Position numbers and translations under genes: made by a program | NCBI GenBank assembly: GCA_001938485.1 | Contig: MQRK01248900.1 | Coordinates: 1-64,000, forward strand | DNA length: 64,000 nt | Direction of reading: 5' to 3' | Source: Girardia tigrina | Lineage: Eukaryota | Shown: piece by piece, positions 1 through 12,389 of the stretch | Layout: every line of letters begins with the position of its first letter | How positions within the stretch are numbered: the stretch's first letter is position 1 | Notes under the pieces: model-generated | What the model was told of the DNA's origin: nothing | The model's input: the letters and a program-made list of their open reading frames with translations, nothing else | The model's database searches: none

Positions 1-150
1 TTGCCATGGTAACCGCGACCGTAACTAAGGTAATCGCGACCGTTGCCATGGTAACCGCGACCGTTGCCATGGTAACCGCGACCGTTGCTATGGTAATCGC
101 GATCGTTGCCATGGTAACCGCGATAACCTATACCGTTGCCATGGTTACGG
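1..150. repeat. 21-bp minisatellite (ACCGTTGCCATGGTAACCGCG)n, ~7 units, truncated at the window start
   Basis: GTTGCCATGGTAAC-type cores at 1, 42, 63, 84, 105 and 135, plus a degenerate one at 21. Confidence 0.92.
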
Positions 151-907
151 CTAGGGGGGGGTGTAGGCCGAATGCCCATTTTCTCCCTACTGATTAGGTG
201 CATGTTTGTATGTTCAATTTTGATTGGTGGATGTTTTGATTGATTATTAATTTACCAATTGTGTGGGAATTGTTATTTTTTAATGGAAAAGCTTTGTTTA
301 AATACATTAATAAATGAAAACATTTTCAGTCTTTTAGATTTATTTTGACGAATTTTCAAAAAAAAACGTTTTATACGTGATCAAAAAATAGAAAGAAATC
401 AATTTTAAATAAAAAAATATGGTGAATCCAAATATTTTCAACAATTTTATATCACGATTGGCTGGTGATGAGTGTTTTCAAATAAAAAATCGAATAATAA
501 TTATTATTTTTATTATCCTAAAAGATTTTGATTTTTAATGTAATATAATATTATTTGTAAATAAAGTTCTTAAATTTATTTAAATATTAAGGATTAAACT
601 TTGATTTCTAAATATTTTAAAATTGATTTTACCAAGAAAATCAATTCTTAAAAAACGATTAACTTTTAATAATCTGGATTTTTAATTTACAAAATCACTT
701 AAGATTTTCTTGAATATATTTTGCAATGAAAAAGTCTTAATCATAATAAAAAATCATCAAAGTTGTATTTCATATTTGCCTAAAATTTCATTTGTTACTT
801 ATAGATTGACCCTATTTAATTGCTTCATAATTTTTTGTTCTTTTTTTTACAATTTTTTGATATTAATCGATATTTTTCATTTATAAAAATAACGTTAAGA
901 TTATTAA

Positions 908-1138
908 CACTAGAATGACCAAGCAATCATTTTTGACTACAAGGCAATTTTAAACCGAGCCTATTTTAAGGCAATAAATCCTAATGACTTGATTTTTTCA
1001 AGCTCATATCAATATTTTTAATATCTACAAAATTATGAAGACTATTTCGGTCGTCAGGTGGATAGAAATTATTGTCTTAAAATAGGTGCTCATTAAAATT
1101 ACTTTGCTGTCAAAAATGACCACTTGGGCGTTCTAGTG
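908..1138. mobile_element. piggyBac-type MITE
   Basis: TTAA at 904-907 and 1139-1142. Imperfect TIRs CACTAGAATGACCAAG...TCATTTTTGAC / GTCAAAAATGA...CTTGGGCGTTCTAGTG. Confidence 0.85.
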
Positions 1139-1249
1139 TTAATAATATAATGAAAATCAATTTTTTCTTTTATAATTTTAGAACAAAAAAAATAAATTAT
1201 AAATTTTGATTTTTATCGTCTAATTATTAGTATTATTGTTTTTATACCA

Positions 1250-1825
1250 ATTTTTGACTATTTGGGAAGTACAAAATCTTCAATTTTAATTTGACCAATT
1301 TACCAAAATGCTAAAGACTTGAAATTTTGCATTCGTACTCATGTTGCCTGACAAATTATATTGAAAATTTTTTTTTGTAAAAGTACAATTAATAATTAAT
1401 TAATTGATTAATAAAATTCATTAGTAAATGGCTGCCAGCTGCCGGACCGAGTGGCGACGGCCAGAACCTATTAATTGTGCGGGAAGTTGCTAGGCGAGGA
1501 AATCGAACTGCCGTTTGAGTGAGCGCCAGGAACCGTACGAGCCCGATTGCCATCGGTCAGTGTGGTTCGACCGGTCGAGTCAGAGTGGTGGATATCGTCA
1601 TTTTTGTGATCATGCCTTCCGTGAAATAACAATTGGAATCGATCAATACCAATAATTGATATAATTGCCAGACATTTCGCAGTGATACACGGGAAATAAG
1701 AACCGAATTAAAAAAAGAAAATGGCTACGTTTTTTTTGAGAAATGAGAATAAAATATATTATATTTATTAAATTCAAATCTGTCTCTGTTCGGGATTTAA
1801 TTAATTTCATTATTTATAATTCAAA

Positions 1826-1873
<48 letters not shown>

Positions 1874-2245
1874 ATATATGTATACACGAAATTAAAATGG
1901 ATCCTGTGCTCCCTCAATTAAAAAATGCAATAAAAAAACTTTACCTTTAATTTACTTTATTTTTTGTTAATGGTTGGTATAAAAAATCGTTTTCTTGTTT
2001 TGATGAAATATTTTGATGTTAAAAAAATTGAATAAGTTTTGTGACAAAGATTTGTTTTATTAAAGTAAATGTAAATAAAAATGAGAGATGAAATTTGGAG
2101 AAAAAATAAAACGATGGAGATTTCGAGTTGTATTTTTGATATTTTTAAATGGACCCAGCAAACCAAAGAAATTTCCCTGCGCAACCCTGCCGCCTCCGTC
2201 CAATACTCGGGGCAACCTGAGTGTACAGGTCGGAACAGTCTTAGT
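1250..2245 (+). mobile_element. Putative non-autonomous Helitron/DINE-like element (3' part)
   Basis: GC-rich core at 1430-1690; internal (TA)n(TG)n tract; terminal hairpin ACCTG-agtgta-CAGGT (2215-2230) followed 10 nt later by TTAG|T. The 5' boundary is uncertain. Confidence 0.4.
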
Positions 2246-3025
2246 TTTTTATAATTTCTTTAGTTTATTAAAACACCAAAAATCAGTTTTTTTATTTCGG
2301 TCGTTTGACCGGAGCACCACAGTAAATAAATTATTTATGTTTTAATCAATGATTATTTTTTTGACTATTTAAATAATTATTTTTTATTTTATCTTTTCAT
2401 ATATTTTTTCATATATTTCTTTTTACAAAAAATATAGATAATAAAGTTGGTGATTCTTTTATTATGTGCAAATTTCGTTGCATTTTTTTAAATAAAATAA
2501 TCATTTAATAATTTGTTTTATATATATTTTCATAGAAAACATTTTGCTTTAAAACTTATAAAGAATTCAAAATACCGGATATTTCTAATACGGTATTGAT
2601 TTCTCGCTAAAATTTTTAGTACCAGTAATACTGGTATTGATCATGAAAGATGAAACTGTTTAAAAATCATTCATCTATTTTGATCTATTATAAAAATGAC
2701 AGTTTTTTTCTAATAATCTTAAGTGTTTAAGGATAAGACCATCTAATTATTCAAAAACTAATTAATAATTACTATTGGTTCTATTAACAACATCAATATG
2801 AGGTTTACAACATTTATTAATATTACAAGCGCATTCACTATTTGACATCTCTCTTGATCAATTTTTTCTGAGTTCAAACTAATTATTTTCAATAAATNNN
2901 NNNNNNNNNNNNNNNNNNNNNNNNNNNNNNNNNNNNNNNNNNNNNNNNNNNNNNNNNNNNNNNNNNNNNNNNNNNNNNNNNNNNNNNNNNNNNNNNNNNN
3001 NNNNNNNNNNNNNNNNNNNNNNNNN

Positions 3026-3142
3026 TTTTTAATTAGTAAGAATCAAAGAAAATATCAATCATCCATCTGTTTAGGAGAGGCACAATCCGAATCAACATTC
3101 TACATGCACAATATCAATACACAATTCAAAACATTCCTCACA
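3026..3142 (-). mobile_element. Gypsy LTR 5'-end fragment (TGTGAGG family)
   Basis: Ends in ATTCCTCACA and shares the CCATCTG..GGAGA..TCAACAT motif with copies ending or starting at 38914, 43969, 50726 and 54898. Confidence 0.7.
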
Positions 3143-3224
3143 GGTTCAAAAAATATTATCACAAAAATCTCAAAAGAAGAAGATCAAAACTAATTAACTA
3201 ATTATATTGATTCAAAAATATGAG

Positions 3225-3880
3225 GAAAAGAAGCACAAGTAATCTAAAGTAGAGTCATTCATTCTCGATCTTATCTTGATAGAAAACAAACTCGAAGCAG
3301 AAAAGGCTCTCTCTGCTTCAAAACTTGATCGAGCAATGGTCAATAGAGTTTGTTTTCCCTTTGTATTTGCTCCATAAACAGTTTTAGTTCTATTTTAAGG
3401 ATGTTTTGGATATTTTGTAAGAGCCTTTCAGCTTCAGTACTTTCTGTTGAAGAAATTTTTCTTTTAATCACGAAATGTAATTTTTCCTAAATTGACAAAT
3501 TATCTGATTAAGATGGCTGCGCTGTCTTTGGACTGTTAATGATTTGAATTAGTAAATCCAGAGCATTATTTAACTTTTTTTCCACTGGATATAAACGTTC
3601 CACCAATTCAATAATATGTTTTGTTAAAGTATTCCTCAGCTTTTTTTTGAAGATTTGATAATATTCATAGTCGTCTTTTGTATAACTGTTTGAATTGTAT
3701 AAAAAAAGTCAATAAATCTGAGAATATTGTTCGTCTTTCATCAGTGCGTTGAACCAAGCTATTAACTTTTAAATCTAAGAAAGGTTTCCTAACACAATCA
3801 TATAATTCATGAAATCTATTAAGCATGTCAAACAGAGTATTTCACTTGGTTTTAGAATCATGTATCAAACATTTTTTTTC
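3225..3880 (-). pseudogene. Degenerate hAT transposase, C-terminal half
   Basis: Minus strand reads LIHDSKTK*NTLFDMLNRF (TRWNS..ML.RF motif) and LLTIARSSFEAERAFS...KIRSRMNDSTLDYLCF (hAT dimerization domain). AATACCG-type subterminal repeats at 2570-2640. Confidence 0.8.
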
Positions 3881-3894
3881 CTTTTCTAATTAGA

Positions 3895-4181
3895 TTGTAA
3901 CATATTTTTTGACCGCATTGTAATGTGCCAGGAAAAGTGGATTCTGTATGACAACGGGAAGAAGCATTTTCTCTAGTGGTTGGACATAAATGATCCCCCA
4001 AAACATTTTTAAAATCTCGACCACCAAATTATTTAAATAGAAATTAATCGACTTGTGACTCGTTGGCAAAAATGAGGTGATTTTCATGGTGGTTATTTTG
4101 ATTAGGTTGAATAAAAATTATGAAAGAATGACATTTTGAAATTAACAACCTAAAAAGTGCAATTTTTGTGCTCACATAATA
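3895..4181 (+). mobile_element. Internally deleted mariner remnant with right end
   Basis: Reads FFDRIVMCQEKWILYDN and INRLVTRWQK...HGGYFD*, followed by a TIR-like end at CACATAA-TA. Confidence 0.7.
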
Positions 4182-5053
4182 AATAAAAATCAATTAAAAA
4201 CAATAAAAAAGAATATAAAAGCAATGAAAATAGAAAATATAAGAATAGATAGTTTTCTATTAGACAAAAAATTATTTTTCTGTAATTTTGTATTAAACGA
4301 TTAAAAACACTTTTGCAAACTTTAAAAATAAGGTTCGCTAGAGTTTTAAACTCACATTTACTGAGAACAAATGAAAAGAAGGTTTTAAAAATAGTTTTTA
4401 ATTCTATTTGTTTTAATTTTTTTAAAATTTTTAGTTATAATGATTATGGTAATTTTATTGTTAATAGTTATTGTTAATAGTAATAGTAGGATTACAAGTG
4501 AGTTTTATATTTTAGATAATTTTTACTTTATTCATTTACATTTTACTCTTCTTATTTAGAATACCTTTAATTTTTAAACACGATGCATTACATGAGATAA
4601 ATTTTAGACGTATTAAAATATTACCATTTTATTATTTCATTAATTTTAGATAATAATAACTGAAATATTTTAAGGAACAAACTAACTTATTTTAAAACAA
4701 ATCTTTCACATTTTCGTAAGATGATGAAAATAATAATGTTCATTTTCGTTGATTCAAGGCATTATTTATTAATTTATTGTTAATATGAAGGATCTTGAAA
4801 ATGAAACTCAATTAATCAAATTGGAAAAATATTTTGACAATCATAATAATGATATTGACGCCCTAACCATGATTTCCTCGAATGACGTTAAGATTATTAA
4901 TTTTAATATATAATATAATGAAAATCATTTGTTATTTATATTATTATTTTTAAATCAAAATTTTTACATTAATAAATTAAAAAATATATTTATCTTGATT
5001 AATAATAATTTGGCGTATATTTTTGTCATTTAAAATATTCTTTGTAAACGTAT

Positions 5054-5500
5054 TGTGAGGGATAATTTGAAATGTTGTAAGTTTGTTATTTGTATGCTGT
5101 TTAGATTTTTGATTCTCGTACTCAGATGGGATTGATATGTTATTTGATTGATTATTTGAATCTAATTAAATTAATTTAATGATATTAATTTTAAGTACTA
5201 ATTAATTAAAGTTTTATAATTATGAATTTTAATAATATTTTAGTAAATGATTTTAACTTATTAAATTTAATATATTTTAAAAATTAATTTTTATTTTAAA
5301 AATTACGTAATGCCTTTCTATCCAATAAAATTATGAGAAATTAAAAGCTAATATTAAAAAATTTCCATTTATTGTTTTTTAGATTTGAATACATAAACAA
5401 GAACTATATCAATTAAAGAAAGATGCTTACTGACAATTACTGTGAAGAATCTGTTTGTGTTGTCAATAAATGTTTACATTCAAATTGTAATGTTGTTAAT
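5054..5500 (+). mobile_element. Diverged Gypsy LTR 5' fragment (TGTGAGG family)
   Basis: Starts TGTGAGGGATAATTT...GATTCTCGTACTCAGATGG, collinear with the copy at 50726. Confidence 0.6.
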
Positions 5501-6718
5501 AGGTATAGGTATACATCCAAAATAATATTATCAAACCATCACAATTTTACTCAAAAAGGAAATATACTTAGATATCCCGAAACTGTTATTTAATCTTCAA
5601 AAATAAAACAATTTTCCTCTTTAAAAAATTTTCTTACTGTAAATGATGACTTTAAAATGCTTTTTTTTAATTGGTTTAGTTATAAATTAAAAATGGTATT
5701 TTAAAAAATGAATAGAAGTATTTATAAAATTAATAAAATGAATGATTAAAAACGCTATAAATAAATTTATGTGAAATTGAATTAATAAGTAATGCATTTT
5801 ATTTCGTTTTAAAATATTTTAATATATTTCTGAGAAGTTAATAATAAATTTTTTTCTGCTTATAAATATAAAAAATTCCGAACTTATCAATTTATGTTAA
5901 CTATGTTAAAAAAATAAAATGATTCTAAAGTAATCATCAAATAATAAAAAATCGGCTAAATCATTTGCTATTTTACAAATAAAATAAAAGAAAAATTTAT
6001 TTTCTTAAAAATAACAAATATCATTTTACGATTCTTTAGTTATAATTATTCAAAATAAAATTAATTAATAGAAAAATTCAAATTAAGAGACAATTTAATT
6101 ATTTGATTGTTCAAAAATCAAACGAAAGATTTTATGAATCATAATTACTTTTCATTCATCTTAGATAATTTTTTTCTTTAATTAAACGAAAAAAAACGAA
6201 TCTTTAGTTAATTATTTAATTGATCTCGGTTTGTTTAATCGCATCAAAATCAATATCGAAAATCAATCAATCGATATTTAATTTTGCCGACGTGACCAAA
6301 TTTACTCGATTGATTTTTTTTTCAACCAAAATTCCAATTTTAAAACTGAATATTGTTAAATTTATATTAATCCTTTTTTTAAAAAATATACATTAATATT
6401 TATTTTTTTCTATAATTTACATTAGTAGAAAACAAGAGAAAACATTTCTCATCAAATAATTTCCAATAAACTTAATCTACCAATAGGAACTGATGATATG
6501 TGCTTTCCAATATTGTTTGGTTGTACTTTTCTACAGATTTCATTATACTATTCATTGTTCAATTTAAATCAATTGTGTCAAAAACAAATTTTCGTTGTGA
6601 TTACATATTGTTGTTATTACCGATTTGTTTTATTCTCTTGAAAAATGATCTTTGTGGGTGTTTATCATGTCGGTACATGAGTGTGGTTGTTTGTGTGGAT
6701 AATTCTCAACTTTAAAAA

Positions 6719-6794
6719 ATGCCTCAACGTAAAGGATTATTAACACCGCAAAATACGTTTCTCGATACAATCGCCACGAGATTTGACGGAACAC
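6719..6794 (+). CDS. elk: ELK (Kv12/KCNH8-like) K+ channel, coding exon 1 (PAS-cap)
   Basis: Translates [25 protein letters not shown](H), the diagnostic ELK N-terminus. In-frame TAA just upstream (6713-6715); AAAAATG start context; phase-1 donor C|GTGAGA at 6795. Absent from the ORF track because it is short. Confidence 0.97.
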
Positions 6795-6999
6795 GTGAGA
6801 TTGTTTTTTGTATCGTTTTGATTTACTATTCGGTTGGCAGATTCAAATCTCTATTCTAAATTTATGTCAAATAATGATTAAAAATCATTGTAGAGTGCTA
6901 ATTTTAAAATTTTCAAAAAGAAGTTCGTGTTTTTTAAAATTGAGTTGTCAACCTCAATCTAAAACTTTAAAAAAATTGAAAATCATTTTATGTATACCA

Positions 7000-7790
7000 T
7001 GATCGTCAATATATTAAGATCACGCCGATATTATCAAACAATAGATGATTTGAAGAATCCTGAGCAAATATAAACAAATCGGTTTAAGAAGTTAATATTT
7101 AATGTTACCGCATTTCTCTTGAAAAACTGTTTGAATACGACGAGGTATTGAGCCCATTAAGGATGATAGTCCAAAATTTATCTTTTGGATTAGGATCTTG
7201 AAATGTTCCTGATAAATGTTCTAACAGGTCATTGTACATGTTTCTGAGCCAGTAATTCACACCACGTACCATGTGATATGGTGCACATTGTGTAGGATCA
7301 CAGAAATGACTTACAAAACCACAAAAGGAATAGAATTGAAGCATCAGACTTTCGTAGAAGAATATAACTTTTTTCCAATCTTGTATTATCTATTTCAAGT
7401 TTCGGTGTGATCAGATCTTATGATTTGTAATGCTCTTTAAAGATCTTACTAGTTTAAAAGCAGAATATATTCTAAGTTTGGAATCATAGTTTGAAAACTC
7501 AATTTCCTGTTGTGGCTTGGATTCCTCATAAATTCACACTTTATTATCCTGTCAATTCTAGGAGCTGTTAACCACAATATACTACTTTTTCTCCTGGTTT
7601 CATAGTAAACATACGAGTGGAATTTTGTAAATTGAATATTTTTTTCTGTTTTGCAGCATTTTATATACAAATTTCATTGCAACTTCCATGTTCTGTAAGA
7701 CATTGATCATGTAAAATGCAACTATGAGCTCATTTGGCAATTGAAATGTCACTGTAGGGTCCATCTACAACTGGATACAGGGAAAATGAT
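7000..7790 (-). pseudogene. Highly degenerate Tc1-like transposase
   Basis: QDWKKVIFFYES (~7352-7385, minus) resembles the WKKVIFSDES motif. Boundaries are approximate. Confidence 0.45.
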
Positions 7791-9627
7791 TACCCCTAAA
7801 TGCTAATAAACGTAACTTTTGTCTGTCATTATTTCATTTCCAATCTATCAAAAAACAAAAGAACATTGTAAAACGTATATATTTAGATATCTCTTAAAAC
7901 TGATAAAAAATTGTATGGAAATTGTTTGATCAGTTTTATTTAAATAAAATGATTCGAGCGTTTTTGTAAACAAGGAAAAATAGAGTACTAAAAGATTAAT
8001 AGAGTATTTATTTTTTAATCTGATCCATCATTTACCACTGTAAAATTTTCGACAGGTTAATTTTAACGTTAACAAATCCACTTATATGATTATGAACTCG
8101 CCAGTCAGCAAAAACTGCAACCACAGATATTACTTTCGTTAAATTTTACCAAATAGTCATGGACAATCGTAGAGTTAAGTCTTCAAAGACAGTTAAGTCA
8201 TTAAACATGTTTAGAGAACATGTTTATTACGTATTAAACAAAGATTTAGTCGCTAGAAAGCTGACCACATTAGCACTGTATATGAGACTTGGATTCATCA
8301 TGCCACTCCAGAAACAAAAATTTAACCCAAATAGTAAACTACTGAAATTTATCAACCCAAAAAAAGCAAACTGTTGCTTTGACCGGGGAGATATTTTTCG
8401 GATAATCATTGATTTATTTTCACTGATTAGTTAGCAAATAGGAAAACTAATACATCAGGATCTAAACATCAATACGTGATAAACTGTAGAGTACGTTTGC
8501 TAATGAATAAATTTGAGTTTTTAAATAGTGGACGGTCTCACAACCTCTCCAGTCTCATATTTTCTTAGCCGATTCTCAATCTTTTTTACTCATCAGATCT
8601 GGCTCCGAGGGACTTTGGTACTTAAACTAAACGTTGCACTTGGAGGACAAAGATTTATTATCTAATTAGGACAAAATCTCCTTTAAAAACTACTTTTTAA
8701 GGAAAAGACACTAAGTACTACTTAGATGGGTTGCAGAAGTGTATGTGAAGTGTATAGATCTTAAAGCATACTCATATCATTGTTAGATTTAAAATGTGTT
8801 TAGACTATTTTAATATATACTTAAATAAATATAGTTTCAACGATAAAGCATTTCCTTTCTTTGTATGGACCAAATATTGAACTATCAATGCTTAAATTAC
8901 AGTCATTTTATGAAAAATAATAAAAAAAACATTATACCAATGTAATGACAATCAATTACAATATTGGATGCAAGTATACAATATATAACAATATATAAAA
9001 ATTAGTTATTTTTCGTCTAATATATAAAGCTTTCTTTTCTGTAGTTTTAAATACTTTCTATAGTGTTTTGTGAATGAGCTGACCAGAAAGCTAACTGATG
9101 GAGTATGATAAAAGTAACATTTTGTTGTTCCATCTGTGTCGTAATAATTCAAAATTTTGAAAAAAACAATCTGAAATGATAATAAAGAATAAAAACCGTT
9201 CAAAGAGTTTATATTAAGCTTTGTAATTTCTACCTTTGACTAAGAAATAAGAAGCAAAACAAATATTTATGTAACAATTACAACATCAGACTCTCAAAAT
9301 GTTGTCTTGAAAGAACAGAGCAAACAACATTTACTTTTCATGACTCTTATCTATTTAAATAGAATAATATTATTAAAATATAATCAAAAGTAGTATTAAT
9401 AAATAATATAACTTTATATATAATGAATATGTGTTATATAATACGTTATATACGTTTAATATGAAGAAATTTATGAAAATAAATATATTTTCCTTTGAAT
9501 ATATTTTTGTAAAACTAAATGAATTTATTTACTATAATCAACTACCTCATTATAACATGCCCTGAGGAGCCAAGGCTCAAGAGTAACCACATCGCTAGCA
9601 TTATGAAATTATGATATTTTTGAATAT

Positions 9628-9629
9628 AC

Positions 9630-9681
<52 letters not shown>
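9628..9681. repeat. (TA)n microsatellite; others at ~1831, 20428, 21215, 40013, 41820, 46168, 46757
   Basis: Read directly from the sequence; several abut N gaps. Confidence 0.95.
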
Positions 9682-9684
<3 letters not shown>

Positions 9685-10357
9685 TTCAAACTAAAGAGAA
9701 CAATTTATGTATTTTTAAAAAGCATATATAAAATAGAAAACGTTAAAATAAATGTGTTTATTTAAATCGAAAACTTTTCCATTTTGCAAAACGAAGAAAT
9801 AATTATTTACATCTATTATCTTAATTATTTGTACGATTTTTCAAAACGAAAATGAACACATTTGTTAATGATTATTTAACATTTTTTTCATTTATTATTG
9901 TTTTCTTAAGAAAATAATTTCCATGTTTTTTATATTTTTTAACTTATTTTTATGTTTTCATTTGTAACACAAAAAATAAATTCCAAAATATCGATTATGA
10001 TGTTATTTTTACTTTAAAATAAGAAACGTTTTAAAGGGTTTCTTAAAAGAAAGATATATACAGCCGTATTTGTATCATTCCCTTTTTAAAATTTATTAAT
10101 CGATTTTGAAATCACTAAAAAATGTTTTATGATAAAAATTAGTTACTAGGATTAAAAGATAAAAAATAAAATTAAAAAAGGATATTTCTATTTTGTTAAA
10201 CCATAAAGAGTTTAATATTGTACGTATTAATATTTCTTAACCCTAGAACCCTGTACCACAACACCCCATCAAATTTAAAATTACCGCTATTTTTGTGTTG
10301 AATGTAATAAAGAAAGTAAATAAATTTCATATTTCATGTATTTTTGTTTATTATCAC

Positions 10358-10540
10358 TAGTGCACGGCATTTAATGACCTTAAAAATTAAAAAAAGACTA
10401 TTTTATTTCCTCTCTTCCCGATGAGATATTATTTTGTTCTTTTCCTCTGCCAATAGAGTCGCCACCGTCACCAATCCGCCGCAGTCACACCACGGCGCCA
10501 CCCACTCTGTTATCAATGATTATTATTATTAATAATAATG
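10358..10540. mobile_element. Truncated hAT MITE, same family as 62492-62739
   Basis: Collinear with the 62492 copy from the TIR TAG(T/G)GCACGG to the (TTA)n tract; the right end is replaced by mariner sequence. Confidence 0.85.
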
Positions 10541-10554
10541 ACCAGCCATGAAGT

Positions 10555-11158
10555 GGTGGACCGAAAGAAATGGAGGACGAAGAGCTTCTGGTTTTCTTAG
10601 AAGAGGATGATGGACAGTCAAACCGTGAACTAACCAAGCGCGTCAACGTTAACCAGTCGAAGTCCTACGGCGTCTGAAAATGGTTATCACACAACGAAAT
10701 TGTGATTAGCTATCTTAGCTGAACGAAAAAATCAGCGAGTTAGGGAAAATGTGGGCCATAATAGACGCAAGGTCATACTACTGCATAATAACGCTAGACC
10801 AAATGTTTTGTGGGCGACAAAAGTATGATATTAGCACTTGGATGGGAGGTTCTACCGCATCTGCCATATTCACCGGACTCGGCTCAAACAGATTTTCATA
10901 TATTTCGGTCTCACCAACATTATCTCGCTGAACAACATTTCAAAACATGCGATGAAGTCAAGAAATGCATAGATGACTTTATTGATTCGAAAGACAAAGA
11001 CTTTTTCACCAAAGACATTCATCTATTGGTTGCCACAAAGATAACAAAAGACCACAGATGCTAATGGTGAATACTTTGAAGATTAATCGTACTCCACTTT
11101 GCTTTAAAAAATAAATAGTTTTAATTAAAAATGGTCGGAAATTTATGCATCACCCTAA
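10555..11158 (+). mobile_element. Mariner remnant (DD34D C-terminus and right TIR)
   Basis: Reads GPKEMEDEELLVFLEEDDGQSNREL and LGWEVLPHLPYSPDSAQTDFHIFRS; ends GGAAATTTATGCATCACCCTAA-TA. Confidence 0.88.
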
Positions 11159-12389
11159 TAAAAATGAATAAATGCCAAACTTGATCAATATATATATTTA
11201 ATTATATATTTAGAGCACGAAATTAATTTATTATATACTGACCTTAAATGAGGACAAAGAGAGAAAAAGAGTTAAAAACATAAAGTTTTTTTAATATGGT
11301 TTTTAGCTTTGAAAAACTTTTCAAGCATAGTAATATATACGTTTTCGTGATTTTTTCAACATGGAATATTTATTTTGCCTTTTAATGCTAGTTTATGACT
11401 CTATCAGGGTCTGCTTTGATTTAGAAAATGAAGAGTTTATGTAGGTTATACGAGGTAGAACTCGAGCTACAATATAATTAGTTTTCTAAATGAACTTTCA
11501 AGCATGCTTGAATGAGTTTTCTTTTCAGTACTCTAAAGAATTCATAACATAAAAAAACCTTTAGAAATTGAAACAAGAATAATTATTGTAGCCATTTTTG
11601 AGGGAAAATTGAGTTTAATACACCTATTATTCTTTAATATTTATAACTGCCCTCTAATTCTAATAAAAAGCTTTTTTCTATATGGTTAAAAACATTTTCT
11701 CTATAATAAGTAAAAATCGAATGAGGGTGTTTCTTATTATTCATTGCTTTTTCATTCTTTGACTAAAGATAAATACAAATGAGTTGAATTTTTATTATTT
11801 CAACACTTACAAACTATGATATTAATATTAAATGCAGAACTTTAATCCTTCAAACATTTTTAACAGCGCGGTTAGATTTTCAGAAAAAAATTGAAGATCC
11901 GTTGCTCTAGGAATATATCTACTGTTCTACTTGATCTCCAGGTTGCACGCAAGACCGGATGGTGGTAGCAGAGGTTCGCAGTAGGAGCTTGAAATCAATG
12001 TGCTAGGCCCGTTTTGTAATAGGATTATGTGGACAGTTCATCTTCGAAATTAGAAAATTAAATTTTTTTGAGTGAATTCGATTTTTTCATTCAGAATTAT
12101 AATCAAAATTCAAAAAAAAACTCTTTCAAAATAAATTTTCAATTCAAAATAAAATGATATCGATTTTATCACAAATTTTCAATCGAAGATGTAAAAAATT
12201 AACTTTATTCAACTTTATTTTTACAGAAATTCAATCGCATTTGTCTTAAATAAACTCAAAACTTTTCGTCACAAAAAATTTCAAAAAATTAATCGTGAAT
12301 AAAAAAGTGTCAGTGAATAAAATCTTTTAAGTTCTCCAACTACTCTCTGATTATCTAGCCAATTCTAAATTGAATAAATAACAATAATA

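Noticed and set aside
6-197. ORF MVTATVTKVIATVAMVTAT...
   Set aside because: It is only the translation of the 21-bp minisatellite.
1560-1580. GGTTCGA B-box as a tRNA or tRNA-derived SINE
   Set aside because: No cloverleaf and no correctly spaced A box.
8000-8800. Possible integrase relic (VMDNRRVKSS...)
   Set aside because: Motif similarity is too weak to assign a family.
8570-9590. CTGATGAG (8590, minus) and CTGAGGAG (9562) as hammerheads
   Set aside because: No properly placed stem II plus GAAA and NUH.
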